Origin: Naegleria gruberi
Lineage: Eukaryota
Assembly: GCA_000004985.1 (NCBI GenBank)
Contig: GG738878.1
Strand: one strand, 5' to 3'
Length of the DNA stretch: 64,000 nt
A program made the position numbers and the translations under genes. The first letter of the stretch is position 1; each line of letters opens with the position of its first letter. Of this stretch, positions 22,555 through 32,886 are shown in pieces. A model generated the notes under the pieces. It worked only from the letters and a program-made list of their open reading frames with translations, was not told the DNA's origin and searched no databases.

Positions 22555-25500
22555 ATGGCAGCAATTCATCACACGCTTCCACTTTACAAATTGGTGACGA
22601 CGGGAAGGATAACAAGGATGAGTGGTTTTTTCATGATGATTTTAATGGTGGCCATTGCTGTTGTTGTTTTCATGAGAGTCGATGTGGTGCAGAGTAAAAG
22701 ATATGACCTGTCCCAACAATATGATCAGCAACAACTCACTGATGATTCCGAATTGTTTGTTAAAGTGTCGTCTGTGGATTATGAAAGATGGATGATGCAT
22801 CAACCTAATATCGAAAAGGTTTATAGACTTTCAAAGAGAATAAGGAGAGCCAAGGCAGAAATTGATTACAAAACAGAATACCTCTATGTTTTGGGTGAAG
22901 ATCACAATGGTGGTGCTTCTTTTTATATGGATGCGAGTGAGGAAATTATTCCAAAACATGCCAATATTTCAGTAGTATTTGATTATTTGGACGAAGCATT
23001 GGAATATGTCCATGAAAATAAGGATGATCCCTATTTACACAGATTTGTGGTTATTATGCAACAGGGTATTCACAAAGTGAAGGGTAATGAAGCAAGAATT
23101 TCTAGACCTTTCACTTCTATTGTTTCGGAGGACCCAAGATTTCCAGATAGAACCATTATCAGAGCCAATGATATCAATGGTCAGGTGCTTTTCATCGATT
23201 CAACTCATAACATTACAATTAAAGGTGTCACTCTGACTGGTGGGCACTTGGTAAATTTGAAGTTTTCTCACAAGAATGTTCCAAAACCTTGTGGTAGTGG
23301 TAGGTAGTTGACAAATTAATCCATACTGATAACAATTCTCTCAATTTATAGGTTTATTAATTTCTGCTTCAAGCAATATTTTGGTAGAATCTGTATTGTT
23401 ACAAGCAAATAAGGCTGCTATTGGTGGAAGTGTTTGCATTTACAACTCAACTGTTGTCAACTTCCACAAATGTTTCATTAAGAATAGTGTTTCATTCATT
23501 AGAAATATGCTTCTTACAGATAGCTTGAATGGTTTACAATTTTCTGAAGCTTCCAATTTCAATGTTAATAACAGTATTTTTGCTCAAAATTTACCAGCTT
23601 CTAATGATCCAGAAGGTATTTATGGTTGTGGTGGTGGTTTGGGAATATTCAACTCAAATCAAACCATATTTTCTTCATGTGTTTTTGCCAACAATACTGG
23701 TAGGTAATCTATCTTAATAATTTTACTTATTCTAAATTATCAATAGCAATTAACGGAGGAGCCATATTTACAGTTAATTCTTCATTCACTGTAACCAGTA
23801 GCAGAATTAGTGGAAATACAGCTTATAATCAAAGTAGTGGAATTTATAGTGATTGGAATAGTGAGGTTTCCATTGACAAGGTTTTCTTCTTGGAAAATAG
23901 ATGTGTTAGATTGACCTGTAAGATTATCTACTCACCAAAGAAGGAATATTTGGACGATATTTCAAGCTTTAGAGAAGTTGTTTTCCCTGCTATTTGTATT
24001 ACTGGAATTATTCTTTCCATTGGTTTGGGCTTTATTGGTTTATTCGAATTTATTAGAATGGTCAAGCAGAAAAAAAGATGGAGCAATGTAGTTTGGGGAG
24101 ACAAGATTTATTTGTGGCTTTTAGGTGCTTTGGGTATCTATAGGCCTTATGGATCTGTTCCAAGACCTTACAATTGGTTCCACAGAACCCTTATAGTACT
24201 CATTCTCGTTTTGAGTTGCATTCTTCAAGGAATGCAATCAGCTGCAGTTATGCCAGAAGTAAGTTTTCTTTTATTTCAAAATCTTAAACTGTGAAAAGTT
24301 TTTTGATCAAATGGATACTGTAAGATTCACAATCAGCGCTATTCAACAAGTAGTTTTCAATTTCATTCCTCTTGTATGTTATATTGCATTGATATTGGCT
24401 GTTAAGGCAAGCTACAAGAGATTGTTTGTCAACTACAAACCACCAATTCCAACAGAAGTTGAAGTTCAAGAAGAAAATGCTAGTCTCATTAACTTTTATC
24501 AAACTCAAATTGAAAAGGAAAATGAAAGTGTGAACACAGCATCTCCAGTATCTGATCTTTCTGAACAATCTTTTAGAAAAAAGAAGCGTAAGCATGCCTT
24601 TGATTGGAAGAAGGATACTCAAAAGACTGGTCTTCAAAGAAGTATCCATAATAGAAGAGCATTGGCAGGTGTTATTATTTCTGTATTGATTTTGGCATCC
24701 TCTTATGTTATTATTATTTTTGATACCATGTACTTTATTGATTCTAATATTGATATTGCAGCCACTACTAACCAACCTATTGGATTGGATACTATATCAA
24801 GTGCTATTTTCTACATGATGCATTGGCTTTTAAACATGTCAATTATGACCATGGTTTTGCTCACTGTATTCTTACTTTGTAACAGAATTAATTCTTATCA
24901 GAATACTTTCTTTGAAACATTATACCATCAGTTAGAGAGAGCTGTTTTCAATTTGCAAACTGGTGTCTACAGTTATGTTCACCTCAGAAAGGAATGGTAA
25001 GTATAGTATTTCATTTAATTTTCCAACCTATCTGATAGCAAACGTTTGGTGAGATATTCTTGGATTTTAACAATTTCCTATATTATTATTTTCAGTGGAA
25101 TGTGTGTCAATCAAGTTTTAATGGTTTTGTGGGGAGGCTCAGAATTCAAATTCTTTATCTATTATGTAGCAGTTCTTGTTGTAATGCTTGTTCTCATTAC
25201 ACACGTCAGTTATACAAGTAATCACTGGACCAGTTTCAGATTTGATGACTTTTTAGCAGCAGTTCCTCACTCAATTACCTATGATTATGGTATTTTCTTT
25301 GTAAGTTTATTGTCATACACTTTTATTTAATATATAATTTTCATAATTATCAAAAGGTTCCTGGAGCTAATAAGAAACTTTCACTTCCAAAAACTGAAAT
25401 TAATGACAATCTCAGACTCAATGATGGTGCATTCCCAGCTGGAGAAAGCAAGGATAAAGCTGAGCAATTGTTGAGAGATTTAACCTTCTTCCATATGTAC

Positions 25501-25656
25501 ATTCGAGATAGAACCTTTGCTTATCGTTTCCCACTCGAAATTCAAATGCAAACCTATGTCGTATTGACTGCCATTGGTTTATTGGGTTCCTCCTACGCCT
25601 TACTCAAATATGTTTCAAACTCATTCGAAACATCATACTATTATCAATATTTGTAG
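22555..25656 (+). CDS. multi-pass membrane protein with N-terminal signal anchor, right-handed parallel beta-helix (pectate-lyase-like) ectodomain and ~10 TM helices; 6 exons 22555..23299, 23352..23699, 23747..24258, 24299..24996, 25039..25300, 25357..25656
   Basis: All five introns have GTAGGT/GTAAGT donors and AG acceptors, and the phase was checked at each junction. Beta-helix repeats include NITIKGVTLTGGHLV, GGSVCIYNSTVVNFHKCFIKNS, IYGCGGGLGIFNSNQTIFSSCVFANNTG, INGGAIFTVNSSFTVTSSRISGNTAYNQSSGIY. Hydrophobic segments follow, for example VVFPAICITGIILSIGLGFIGLF, LIVLILVLSCILQGMQSAAV, FIPLVCYIALILAV, LAGVIISVLILASSYVIIIF, SWILTISYIIIFSGMCVNQVLMVLWG, FFIYYVAVLVVMLVLITHV, VVLTAIGLLGSSYALL. Confidence 0.7.
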
Positions 25657-25921
25657 ATGGAAATGTCGTCAACCTATTGACTGACTATCAACAAAATTGC
25701 AATTACATTGAGAAGTAAACTCCTTTTGGTATGAATAAATCTACCCTCTCAATGTTTTACAATAAGATTACAATAATGGTTTGCAACATGACAGGCTCAT
25801 TTCAAGGGACAGTTCCTCAAAATTAATACAACCATCGTTAGACTTTCCCAAATTATAATTATACACGAATGGACTACAGTTTTTTCTCTCAACAATCAAC
25901 AAGATGGATCTGGCACATCAC

Positions 25922-26173
25922 CTATTGGAACAATTTGTGAACGCTTCGTTGTACTTCTTGTAGAGGTAATTTTCTGTAAACATGCATCCAATATTCAAAT
26001 GTCTGCCTTTCACGCCATTGGAAGGTTTTTTTTAATTGTTCTCTTGACTTTTGTGAAACGTCACCATTCATTTTAGTACTAAGCTCGTCAAGTGTTTCAT
26101 ATTTTGACTTTGATGTACTGACAAGTGCCATGATTTGGAATGTTGTGTGACTCTTGACCAACAGGAGGACCAT
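25922..26173 (-). CDS. small hypothetical protein (69-83 aa)
   Basis: Isolated ORF in an otherwise empty 560-bp interval (MALVSTSKSKYETLDELSTKMNGDVSQKSREQLKKTFQWRERQTFEYWMHVYRKLPLQEVQRSVHKLFQ). No domain was recognised. Confidence 0.25.
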   Translation of the reverse strand: MVLLLVKSHTTFQIMALVSTSKSKYETLDELSTKMNGDVSQKSREQLKKTFQWRERQTFEYWMHVYRKLPLQEVQRSVHKLFQ

Positions 26174-26221
26174 TAACTCAACGATTGAGAAAAAAAAACA
26201 TAACTAACCAAATAACCAAAG

Positions 26222-27136
26222 ATGATGCTAAGTAATCCAAGTCCTCACATCAACATGTTGATTCCTCACCACCAACACCACCACCACCATCAGCATCAAT
26301 ATCACCACCAAACTGTTGGTCAACAACAACAGTTTAACACTAGTAATTTATCACCAAATTTAATGCAAGATAAAACACCAGAGAAAATGGTCTGTGGTAT
26401 TATACTCAATAACTGGAAATCTCGACACAATACGAAACTGTTGATGAGAAAAGCTCTCAATGATACTGATTCTATTGCTGCTGGTTCGATATTTAAATCA
26501 GCTGATATTGGTGGTGGCACAACATGTCTTGGTATTCAAAAGAAGAAAAAAACTCTTGATAACAAGGGTAAATTCAAATTTCACCAATATCAAGCTCCTC
26601 ACGGTAATGGTTTCGATTCGTTTTATTCGAATACTTTATCATGTTCAGCTCAATCTGATGTGAAAAAGGTGAATAATAAGGCACTTTCTTTGACTCACAT
26701 TGAAAGCAACAAACAATCTGTAAATAGCCACAATAGTCCATACATTGAAAAACAAGTAGTGTTCAAATTTGCAACACTTCCACATCAAACTGCCAGCCAT
26801 CATGTGAAATCAGTAAGCTCAACTGTCATTGCCTCAACCAACATGTACACCTCATGTGGTACAAGCTCTACAAGTAGCAGCACAACGAGTAGTAGCAACA
26901 CTAGTTCACAATTAAATTCAAGATCCAATCAATTAATTATGGATGATGATTATAACAATCATTATCAAAGAGTAGCTACTCTTCAAACTGCACCAATCAA
27001 TTCCAATAATAATAACAATCAGTGGTGGAATTCTTTCGAACTTCCACAAATTAACAGTTGTCATCAAGCTACAACAACTACCTCTTCAGAACCATTACCA
27101 AGTTTTTCACAATTAATAAACACTCTTGGTATTTAA
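26222..27136 (+). CDS. low-complexity His/Gln/Ser/Thr-rich hypothetical protein
   Basis: 304-aa ORF starting MMLSNPSPHINMLIPHHQHHHHHQHQYHHQ, with poly-S/T/N tracts. Nothing recognisable. Confidence 0.45.
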   Translation: MMLSNPSPHINMLIPHHQHHHHHQHQYHHQTVGQQQQFNTSNLSPNLMQDKTPEKMVCGIILNNWKSRHNTKLLMRKALNDTDSIAAGSIFKSADIGGGTTCLGIQKKKKTLDNKGKFKFHQYQAPHGNGFDSFYSNTLSCSAQSDVKKVNNKALSLTHIESNKQSVNSHNSPYIEKQVVFKFATLPHQTASHHVKSVSSTVIASTNMYTSCGTSSTSSSTTSSSNTSSQLNSRSNQLIMDDDYNNHYQRVATLQTAPINSNNNNNQWWNSFELPQINSCHQATTTTSSEPLPSFSQLINTLGI

Positions 27137-27420
27137 ACACATTTAAAATTTGAAAATCAACCACAGTTTCTGAACTGTACTTATTATCAGATTTATCCCA
27201 TTTCTTATTTTAATATCTTTTATCTTCTCTAAAGAGATCCGTTGCAGCCTTACTTTGAAAATTTCAAAAAAATTAATAAATTAAAAAATGGAGCACAACA
27301 CACAGGTGAAAACACGTGTTTGGTGGCACTCTACTCTATTCAATCTGTATTCCCTGAGACTGGTATTAATCTCCGATATGCTACTTTCAAAATATGGGTG
27401 ATTTGTGAATTATGTCATAG

Positions 27421-30400
27421 TTGACTCGATGTGTGGTCTTTTTTAAAAACAAAATGAAAAACTGTTATTTTGGTGATATTGTGATTGTGTGTGTTGATGA
27501 AGATGGTGATGGTGATGATCATTATTCGGAGGCTGGATATGAATTATTACAAAACCACTTAGATAGTGTAGCATGGGAAAGAGTGGAGAGGAATGAAAAG
27601 ATTTATGATCATATGGAGAGTCTAATGAAACCCTATATTTGGTCAGGTTTGGAATATATTGAGAAAAATCCATTTCCAGACAATGATTGTAAATTGGTGT
27701 TTTATAGAGTGTTGAAGAAATTTGGAGAGTTATTGGAAATGGCTTCAGATGCTATCAAGTGTGATGAACGGTTGGTTCTTAAGGCTGTTAAAAGTAAACC
27801 TTCCTCTTTGCAATTTGCAAGTTTGGAATTGAGATCAAACAGAGAGTTTGCATTGAAAGTTGTTTCGTTTAAGACTCTTCATAGTGGTTCTCCATTTGAA
27901 TTTTTGGAGAATTTTCATGGTGATTATGAAATAGCATTGTTAGCTGCCAAACAATATGGAATGGCATTGGAGTTTGTTGCACCAAAGTTGAGAAATAACA
28001 GAGATATCATACGTGAAGCAGTGGAAAATAATGGATGTGCACTACAATTTGTCCCTGAACAATTAAAAGATAGAAGCTTAGTATGGAGTGCTTTAGATTC
28101 ATATTGCAAGTTTGAATTTGTACCAAAAGAAATGGAGAATGATAGAGAAATTTTACTTAAAGCTGCCTTACATTCAAATTTGAGCAGAATTCCAGACTTA
28201 TTTCACAGTGACAGAGAATTCGTTCTTGAACTTGTAAAGAGAGATGGATGTTTATTACAACATCTTCCAATAGAGTACCAACAGGATAGATTATTTGTAT
28301 TGGAAGCTGTAAAACGGAACCCTTTTTATTTAGCTGAGGCAAGTGATGAATTTAGAGGTGACAGGGAAATTGCTTTGATTGCTTTTCGGAAAAATCCGGA
28401 TGTATTTCAATATATTTCAAATAACTTGAAAAATGATAGAGATTTCATATCAAGCTTGATATTGAATGGATATGACCTGTATAGATTACAACGGTTTGGT
28501 GTTGCACTAGCCAACGATCGAGATTTCATTTTGAGTGCGATGGATAATTGGCTTGACTTTTCAAATTTTATGGATATGGAAAATACTTACAGGTCAGACC
28601 TGGAATTATGTAAAAAACTTATCAAACTATATCCTGATTGCATACGTTATACACTATGTGAAGAACTGAAACATAACAAAGAATTAGTAATGAGCTTATT
28701 ACCTCATAGTTTGGAAATACTTGAAGACATACCAGACGAGCTGAAGAATGACAGAGAATTTATTCAATACGCATTACGGTTGCATGACAAGTCATTACAG
28801 TATGCGTCGGACGAGCTGAAGAATGATAGAAGTTTGGTAATGGAAGCCATAAAATACGATAGCAATAACTTTATCTTTGCTTCTGACGAATTGAAAAATG
28901 ACAGACAAATTGTAGACTATATTATTCTTCAAAATGCATCTTTAATTGAATTTGCCTCCAAGTCCATTAGAAATGAAAGAGAAATTGTATTGAAAGCTAT
29001 CAAAAATTCATTTACTGATATTTCTCAATTTTTAGGTTATGAAATTATGGAAGAAAGAGAAATAGTCTTGGAGTGTGCTAAAAGGTTTGGAGGTTTGGAG
29101 CATCTTATAACCGAGTTTAGAAATGATAGAGAAATTGTTCGACATGTTATTCAAAATAATAAGGGTGAACAGCTTACTTATGCATCTGAACATTTACGCA
29201 AGGATCGAGAAATGGAGCTAATTGCAGTAAGGAATGGGCTGAGTTTGAAGTATGTCCATAACAAAATAGACAGGGAAATTGTATATGCTGCCGTAAATCA
29301 CTATGAAAGAAACGTTAAATATATACCAGATGAATTCATGAATGATGAGGAAATTATCTTACTATCTGCTAATTATCGTAATTGTTTAGATTACACTGGA
29401 GAACAATTGAAATCAAATAAGGAATTTATTAGAAAATTGATTTCAAAAAATGGTTGTTTATTATCAGATGTAGCAAGTGAGCTGAAGGATGATAAAGAAG
29501 TTGTGATGGATGCTGTGACTTCAAATGGCTTATCACTACAGTTTGCTTCACAATCAATGAAAGAGGATAAGGAAATTGTTTTGTCAGCTGTAAAATCCGA
29601 TGGACAAGCTCTGTCCCACGCCCCTGATCATTTTAAAAATGATAGAGAAATGATAATTTCTGCAGTTGATCATGGGTTTGCGGAATTTGATCATGATTAC
29701 ACTGCAGATAGAGAAATAGCACTAAAGGTAGTGAATAGGGATATTTTTTATTTCGAATACACAAAGGAACTGAGAATGGATAGAGATTTCATATTACAAA
29801 TAGAAAATCCAAATTTCTCCCTTTTATCAATTTCCCCTAAATTAAGAAATGATAGAGAAATAGCTTTTAAGGCGTTGGACATGGATGGGAATGCTTTATT
29901 GTACGTCTCTGACGAGTTGAAGAATGAATTTAAAAACGATCGAGAAGTATTGTTAAGAGCAATTGGAACTAATCAAATAGCATTTGTTTGTGCCTCAGTT
30001 GAGTTGCAAAATGATGAAAAGTTTGTATTAGATTCGGTCTCAGTGAATGGAATGGTATTGAGATATTTACCACTCAAATTCAAGGATAATAGACAAGTTA
30101 TTTTGAAAGCTGTTCAAAATAATGGTTGGGCACTCTTTTACGCACCATCAGAATTACTTCAGGATAGAGAAATAGTAATGAATGCCATAAAGAATACTGG
30201 TACTTCATTGGAATATGCTCCTTTCGAATTTAGAAACGATAAGGAAATTGTTTTAGAGGCAATTAAAACCAATGTGGAATCTTTACAATCGGCTTCATAT
30301 GAATTACGGAATGATGAGGAATTTATTTCACAAGCTATGGATATTGATATTGAATCTCTTCAATATGCCAATTATTCACTGAGATATAATATTGATTTTC

Positions 30401-30600
30401 TTACAAGAATGAATAAGGAAAATAGGATTATTCAAGGAGCATCAGAACAGTTACAAAAAGTTATTGACATGAATGGATTACTACAACAATTCAAGCAGGA
30501 GACAACTAGCAAAATCTACAACTTCAATCCCATTACTTTATGGACAATTTCAATTTTATTAGTGGCTTTATGTTGTGGAATCAAATTATATAATATTTGA
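27421..30600 (+). CDS. DUF4116-repeat protein (>20 tandem ~24-aa half-repeats) with C-terminal transmembrane tail anchor
   Basis: 1059-aa single ORF. The repeated motif is LKNDREIVLKAV..NG.ALQFAS.EL (for example DELKNDRSLVMEAIKYDSNNFIFASDELKNDRQIVDYII...). The last 22 aa (ITLWTISILLVALCCGIKLYNI) are hydrophobic. The likely true start is MKNCYF at 27454. Confidence 0.8.
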   Translation: MTRCVVFFKNKMKNCYFGDIVIVCVDEDGDGDDHYSEAGYELLQNHLDSVAWERVERNEKIYDHMESLMKPYIWSGLEYIEKNPFPDNDCKLVFYRVLKKFGELLEMASDAIKCDERLVLKAVKSKPSSLQFASLELRSNREFALKVVSFKTLHSGSPFEFLENFHGDYEIALLAAKQYGMALEFVAPKLRNNRDIIREAVENNGCALQFVPEQLKDRSLVWSALDSYCKFEFVPKEMENDREILLKAALHSNLSRIPDLFHSDREFVLELVKRDGCLLQHLPIEYQQDRLFVLEAVKRNPFYLAEASDEFRGDREIALIAFRKNPDVFQYISNNLKNDRDFISSLILNGYDLYRLQRFGVALANDRDFILSAMDNWLDFSNFMDMENTYRSDLELCKKLIKLYPDCIRYTLCEELKHNKELVMSLLPHSLEILEDIPDELKNDREFIQYALRLHDKSLQYASDELKNDRSLVMEAIKYDSNNFIFASDELKNDRQIVDYIILQNASLIEFASKSIRNEREIVLKAIKNSFTDISQFLGYEIMEEREIVLECAKRFGGLEHLITEFRNDREIVRHVIQNNKGEQLTYASEHLRKDREMELIAVRNGLSLKYVHNKIDREIVYAAVNHYERNVKYIPDEFMNDEEIILLSANYRNCLDYTGEQLKSNKEFIRKLISKNGCLLSDVASELKDDKEVVMDAVTSNGLSLQFASQSMKEDKEIVLSAVKSDGQALSHAPDHFKNDREMIISAVDHGFAEFDHDYTADREIALKVVNRDIFYFEYTKELRMDRDFILQIENPNFSLLSISPKLRNDREIAFKALDMDGNALLYVSDELKNEFKNDREVLLRAIGTNQIAFVCASVELQNDEKFVLDSVSVNGMVLRYLPLKFKDNRQVILKAVQNNGWALFYAPSELLQDREIVMNAIKNTGTSLEYAPFEFRNDKEIVLEAIKTNVESLQSASYELRNDEEFISQAMDIDIESLQYANYSLRYNIDFLTRMNKENRIIQGASEQLQKVIDMNGLLQQFKQETTSKIYNFNPITLWTISILLVALCCGIKLYNI

Positions 30601-30652
30601 AGGTTTATTTTGCTTTACAATTAAATTTACAAAATTATTGATCCAAATATCA

Positions 30653-31042
30653 CTAATAATATTTTGGAACAACAACTGAGGGAGGAACTATGACAATAAG
30701 AAACACACCAATACAACAAAAACAAACATTCATCATGACAGTAAACCAAAACAATGTTTTGGCAATAGCTGCCACTGATTGAGATTTTCTGTTTCCTGAA
30801 TATTTGTATGTGGAATGAACAAACCAAAAAGGAATGCAACTTAATGGGAAGCAACCACAACATGCCAATACTACAGCTAAACATATTGAAAGAGTCAATG
30901 AAGAACTTGCTCCAGATTCTTCATCATAATATTTATCCCAATCTCTTGGTTTGTAGTAGTTTTGAAATGAGAATATCAATGGATGATGATCGATCAAGTT
31001 CGGATCTATCAATACAATCGGAGGAAAATACACCACCACCAA
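30653..31042 (-). CDS. possible small Cys-rich two-TM membrane protein (overlaps the 5' end of the plus-strand F-box gene)
   Basis: 129-aa ORF containing LSICLAVVLACCGCFPLSCIPFWFV and FWFTVMMNVCFCCIGVFLIVIV. It overlaps the plus-strand ORF over 30808-31042, so one of the two N-terminal extensions may be spurious. Confidence 0.3.
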   Translation of the reverse strand: MVVVYFPPIVLIDPNLIDHHPLIFSFQNYYKPRDWDKYYDEESGASSSLTLSICLAVVLACCGCFPLSCIPFWFVHSTYKYSGNRKSQSVAAIAKTLFWFTVMMNVCFCCIGVFLIVIVPPSVVVPKYY

Positions 31043-32828
31043 TAGCAGGAATAACGAATGACAATGCTCTTGTTACAACTGATACTAATGATGGTACTGG
31101 GAATGTTGGGAATATTCCACCTCCTCCACCATTATCAAGTGTAGTTCCTGTTTATTTACCAGCGAATTTGATGAAACCAATAGAAGTAGTGCCACGCATA
31201 CCTACTAATGGGTCTTTTTCAGACTCATCTGAAAGTGATGATGATGAGGATTTGGGGTATCATCGTCCTATACAACCACCAATTGAGACTCCTATCAAAC
31301 CAAGAGTTTTTAAAGAACCAACTTATGACCAAATTAAACCAGTCATTGGAATACCAATTCCGAATGCAAATACAGATAGAACTAATGAAATTATGTCTGG
31401 ATGGATCACTAAATATAATTATGATAATGTTCCTCCAGAAGCATTGATGGAAATTTTCAAATTTGTAGATGTCAAAACCTTGTCAACGTAAGTTTTTAAA
31501 AACAACTACAATTTTGAAACATTTGAATAGTTGTTCCCTTGTTTCAAAGAATTGGCACTTTGCCACACTTCATGACGCCTTGTGGGAAGATTCAGTGAGG
31601 AAATTATTTGAAAGATTTAACAATCAAGAATCTGACTGTAAGTATATAGAAATACGTGTGTAGTATTTAAAAACAATAATATTTGGAATAATTTACAACC
31701 TTATAGACTATGCAATTGATTGTGGAAGAATGAATAAGAAGTATGGTACTCCAATTAAACCTCCTCCAAAAATTAAAAAGATTGAGGATTATGTAACAAT
31801 AGAGAATGGTAAAATTGTTTCCTATCACACTCTAAGAGCATTGAATATTGAACAAGGAAAGAAAAAACTCATTTCCAAATTGAAAAGAGACAGAAAGGAA
31901 TATTGGAGAACAAAGTTCCAAGAGAAGTATGACAATGCCTCTTCGTAAGTTTTTGGAAAACAAAGTTTTATTTACCTCTTTAAACAGACTCAAGTATAGA
32001 TACTTTTTTGGATTTTCCACACTTGTATACATTTCATTATTTATTTTCTTTTGTCTAGTTGCTGTCAATGATGCTATTCCAAAATCTGTAATTCCCAATT
32101 GGCATCTTTATAGCTTTATTCCTCTGTGGTTTTTCTTTTTATTTGGATTTGGAACTTTGTTCTTTGTATTTTTTATGTATACATCTGCGAGTAGAGATTG
32201 TGAGATACTAATACTGGGAGGTGTGATACTGTTGGTTGTTTTTGGTGGTTTGGCTTCTGCAATTTTATCATTTTTGAATGTGGCTGTTCTACCCGTGACG
32301 TATAATTATGATCGGTTTTCAGATCAGTATGTTATATCGTGGTTTATTGTACTCATTCCAGCTTATATATTTGCAGTAGTGATGTTTATTGCTCAGTTGG
32401 TTGCTGTAGGAATTGTATTGATTGAGGACTGGCTAAATCAAGCAACTGTCAAAAAGAAATGGAAGCATTTTGGAGTGGCAATGTTCTTTTCAACTATGAA
32501 CCTTTTAATGATTGCAGGTATTGGAATGGTAGGCATTTCTCTTGAATATCCTACATTCTTTCCAATATATTATCCAGCCATTCCAGCCATTATTGTAGTA
32601 TTAGGATTTATCGTTGTGGCTATTAAGGAATTGTGGAAAGATAGAAATAATCAATATTCAAGTGATAAGTACATTTTGAGTTTCGGTTTGGTATTTTTCA
32701 TAGCACTGGCTATTAACATTGTCATCATTGGCTTGTATCCATTCTTACTGAGCTACTCGTGGTTCTCTTCTCTCTTACCGCTCACAGCTGCGTATGCCTT
32801 TGTTTGTCGTGTGATATATGAAGGTTAA
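30808..32828 (+). CDS. F-box protein fused to a C-terminal multi-pass (7-8 TM) membrane domain; 4 exons ~30808(or 30966)..31487, 31531..31637, 31707..31944, 31988..32828
   Basis: The F-box spans intron A: PPEALMEIFKFVDVKTLS|TCSLVSKNWHFATLHDALWEDSV. The three introns are GTAAGT...AATAG (31488..31530), GTAAGT...TTATAG (31638..31706) and GTAAGT...AAACAG (31945..31987). The phases are 2, 1 and 2, and all are consistent. The last exon is the 31929..32828 ORF read in frame from LKYRYFFGFSTLVYISLFIFFCLVAV..., giving eight hydrophobic helices. Start codon is uncertain: Met codons at 30808, 30844, 30862, 30966 and 30978. Confidence 0.6.
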
Positions 32829-32886
32829 TGATAAAATGTATTTAATAATTTACTAATAGCTTAATATTTTCAATCGAAAAAATAAT

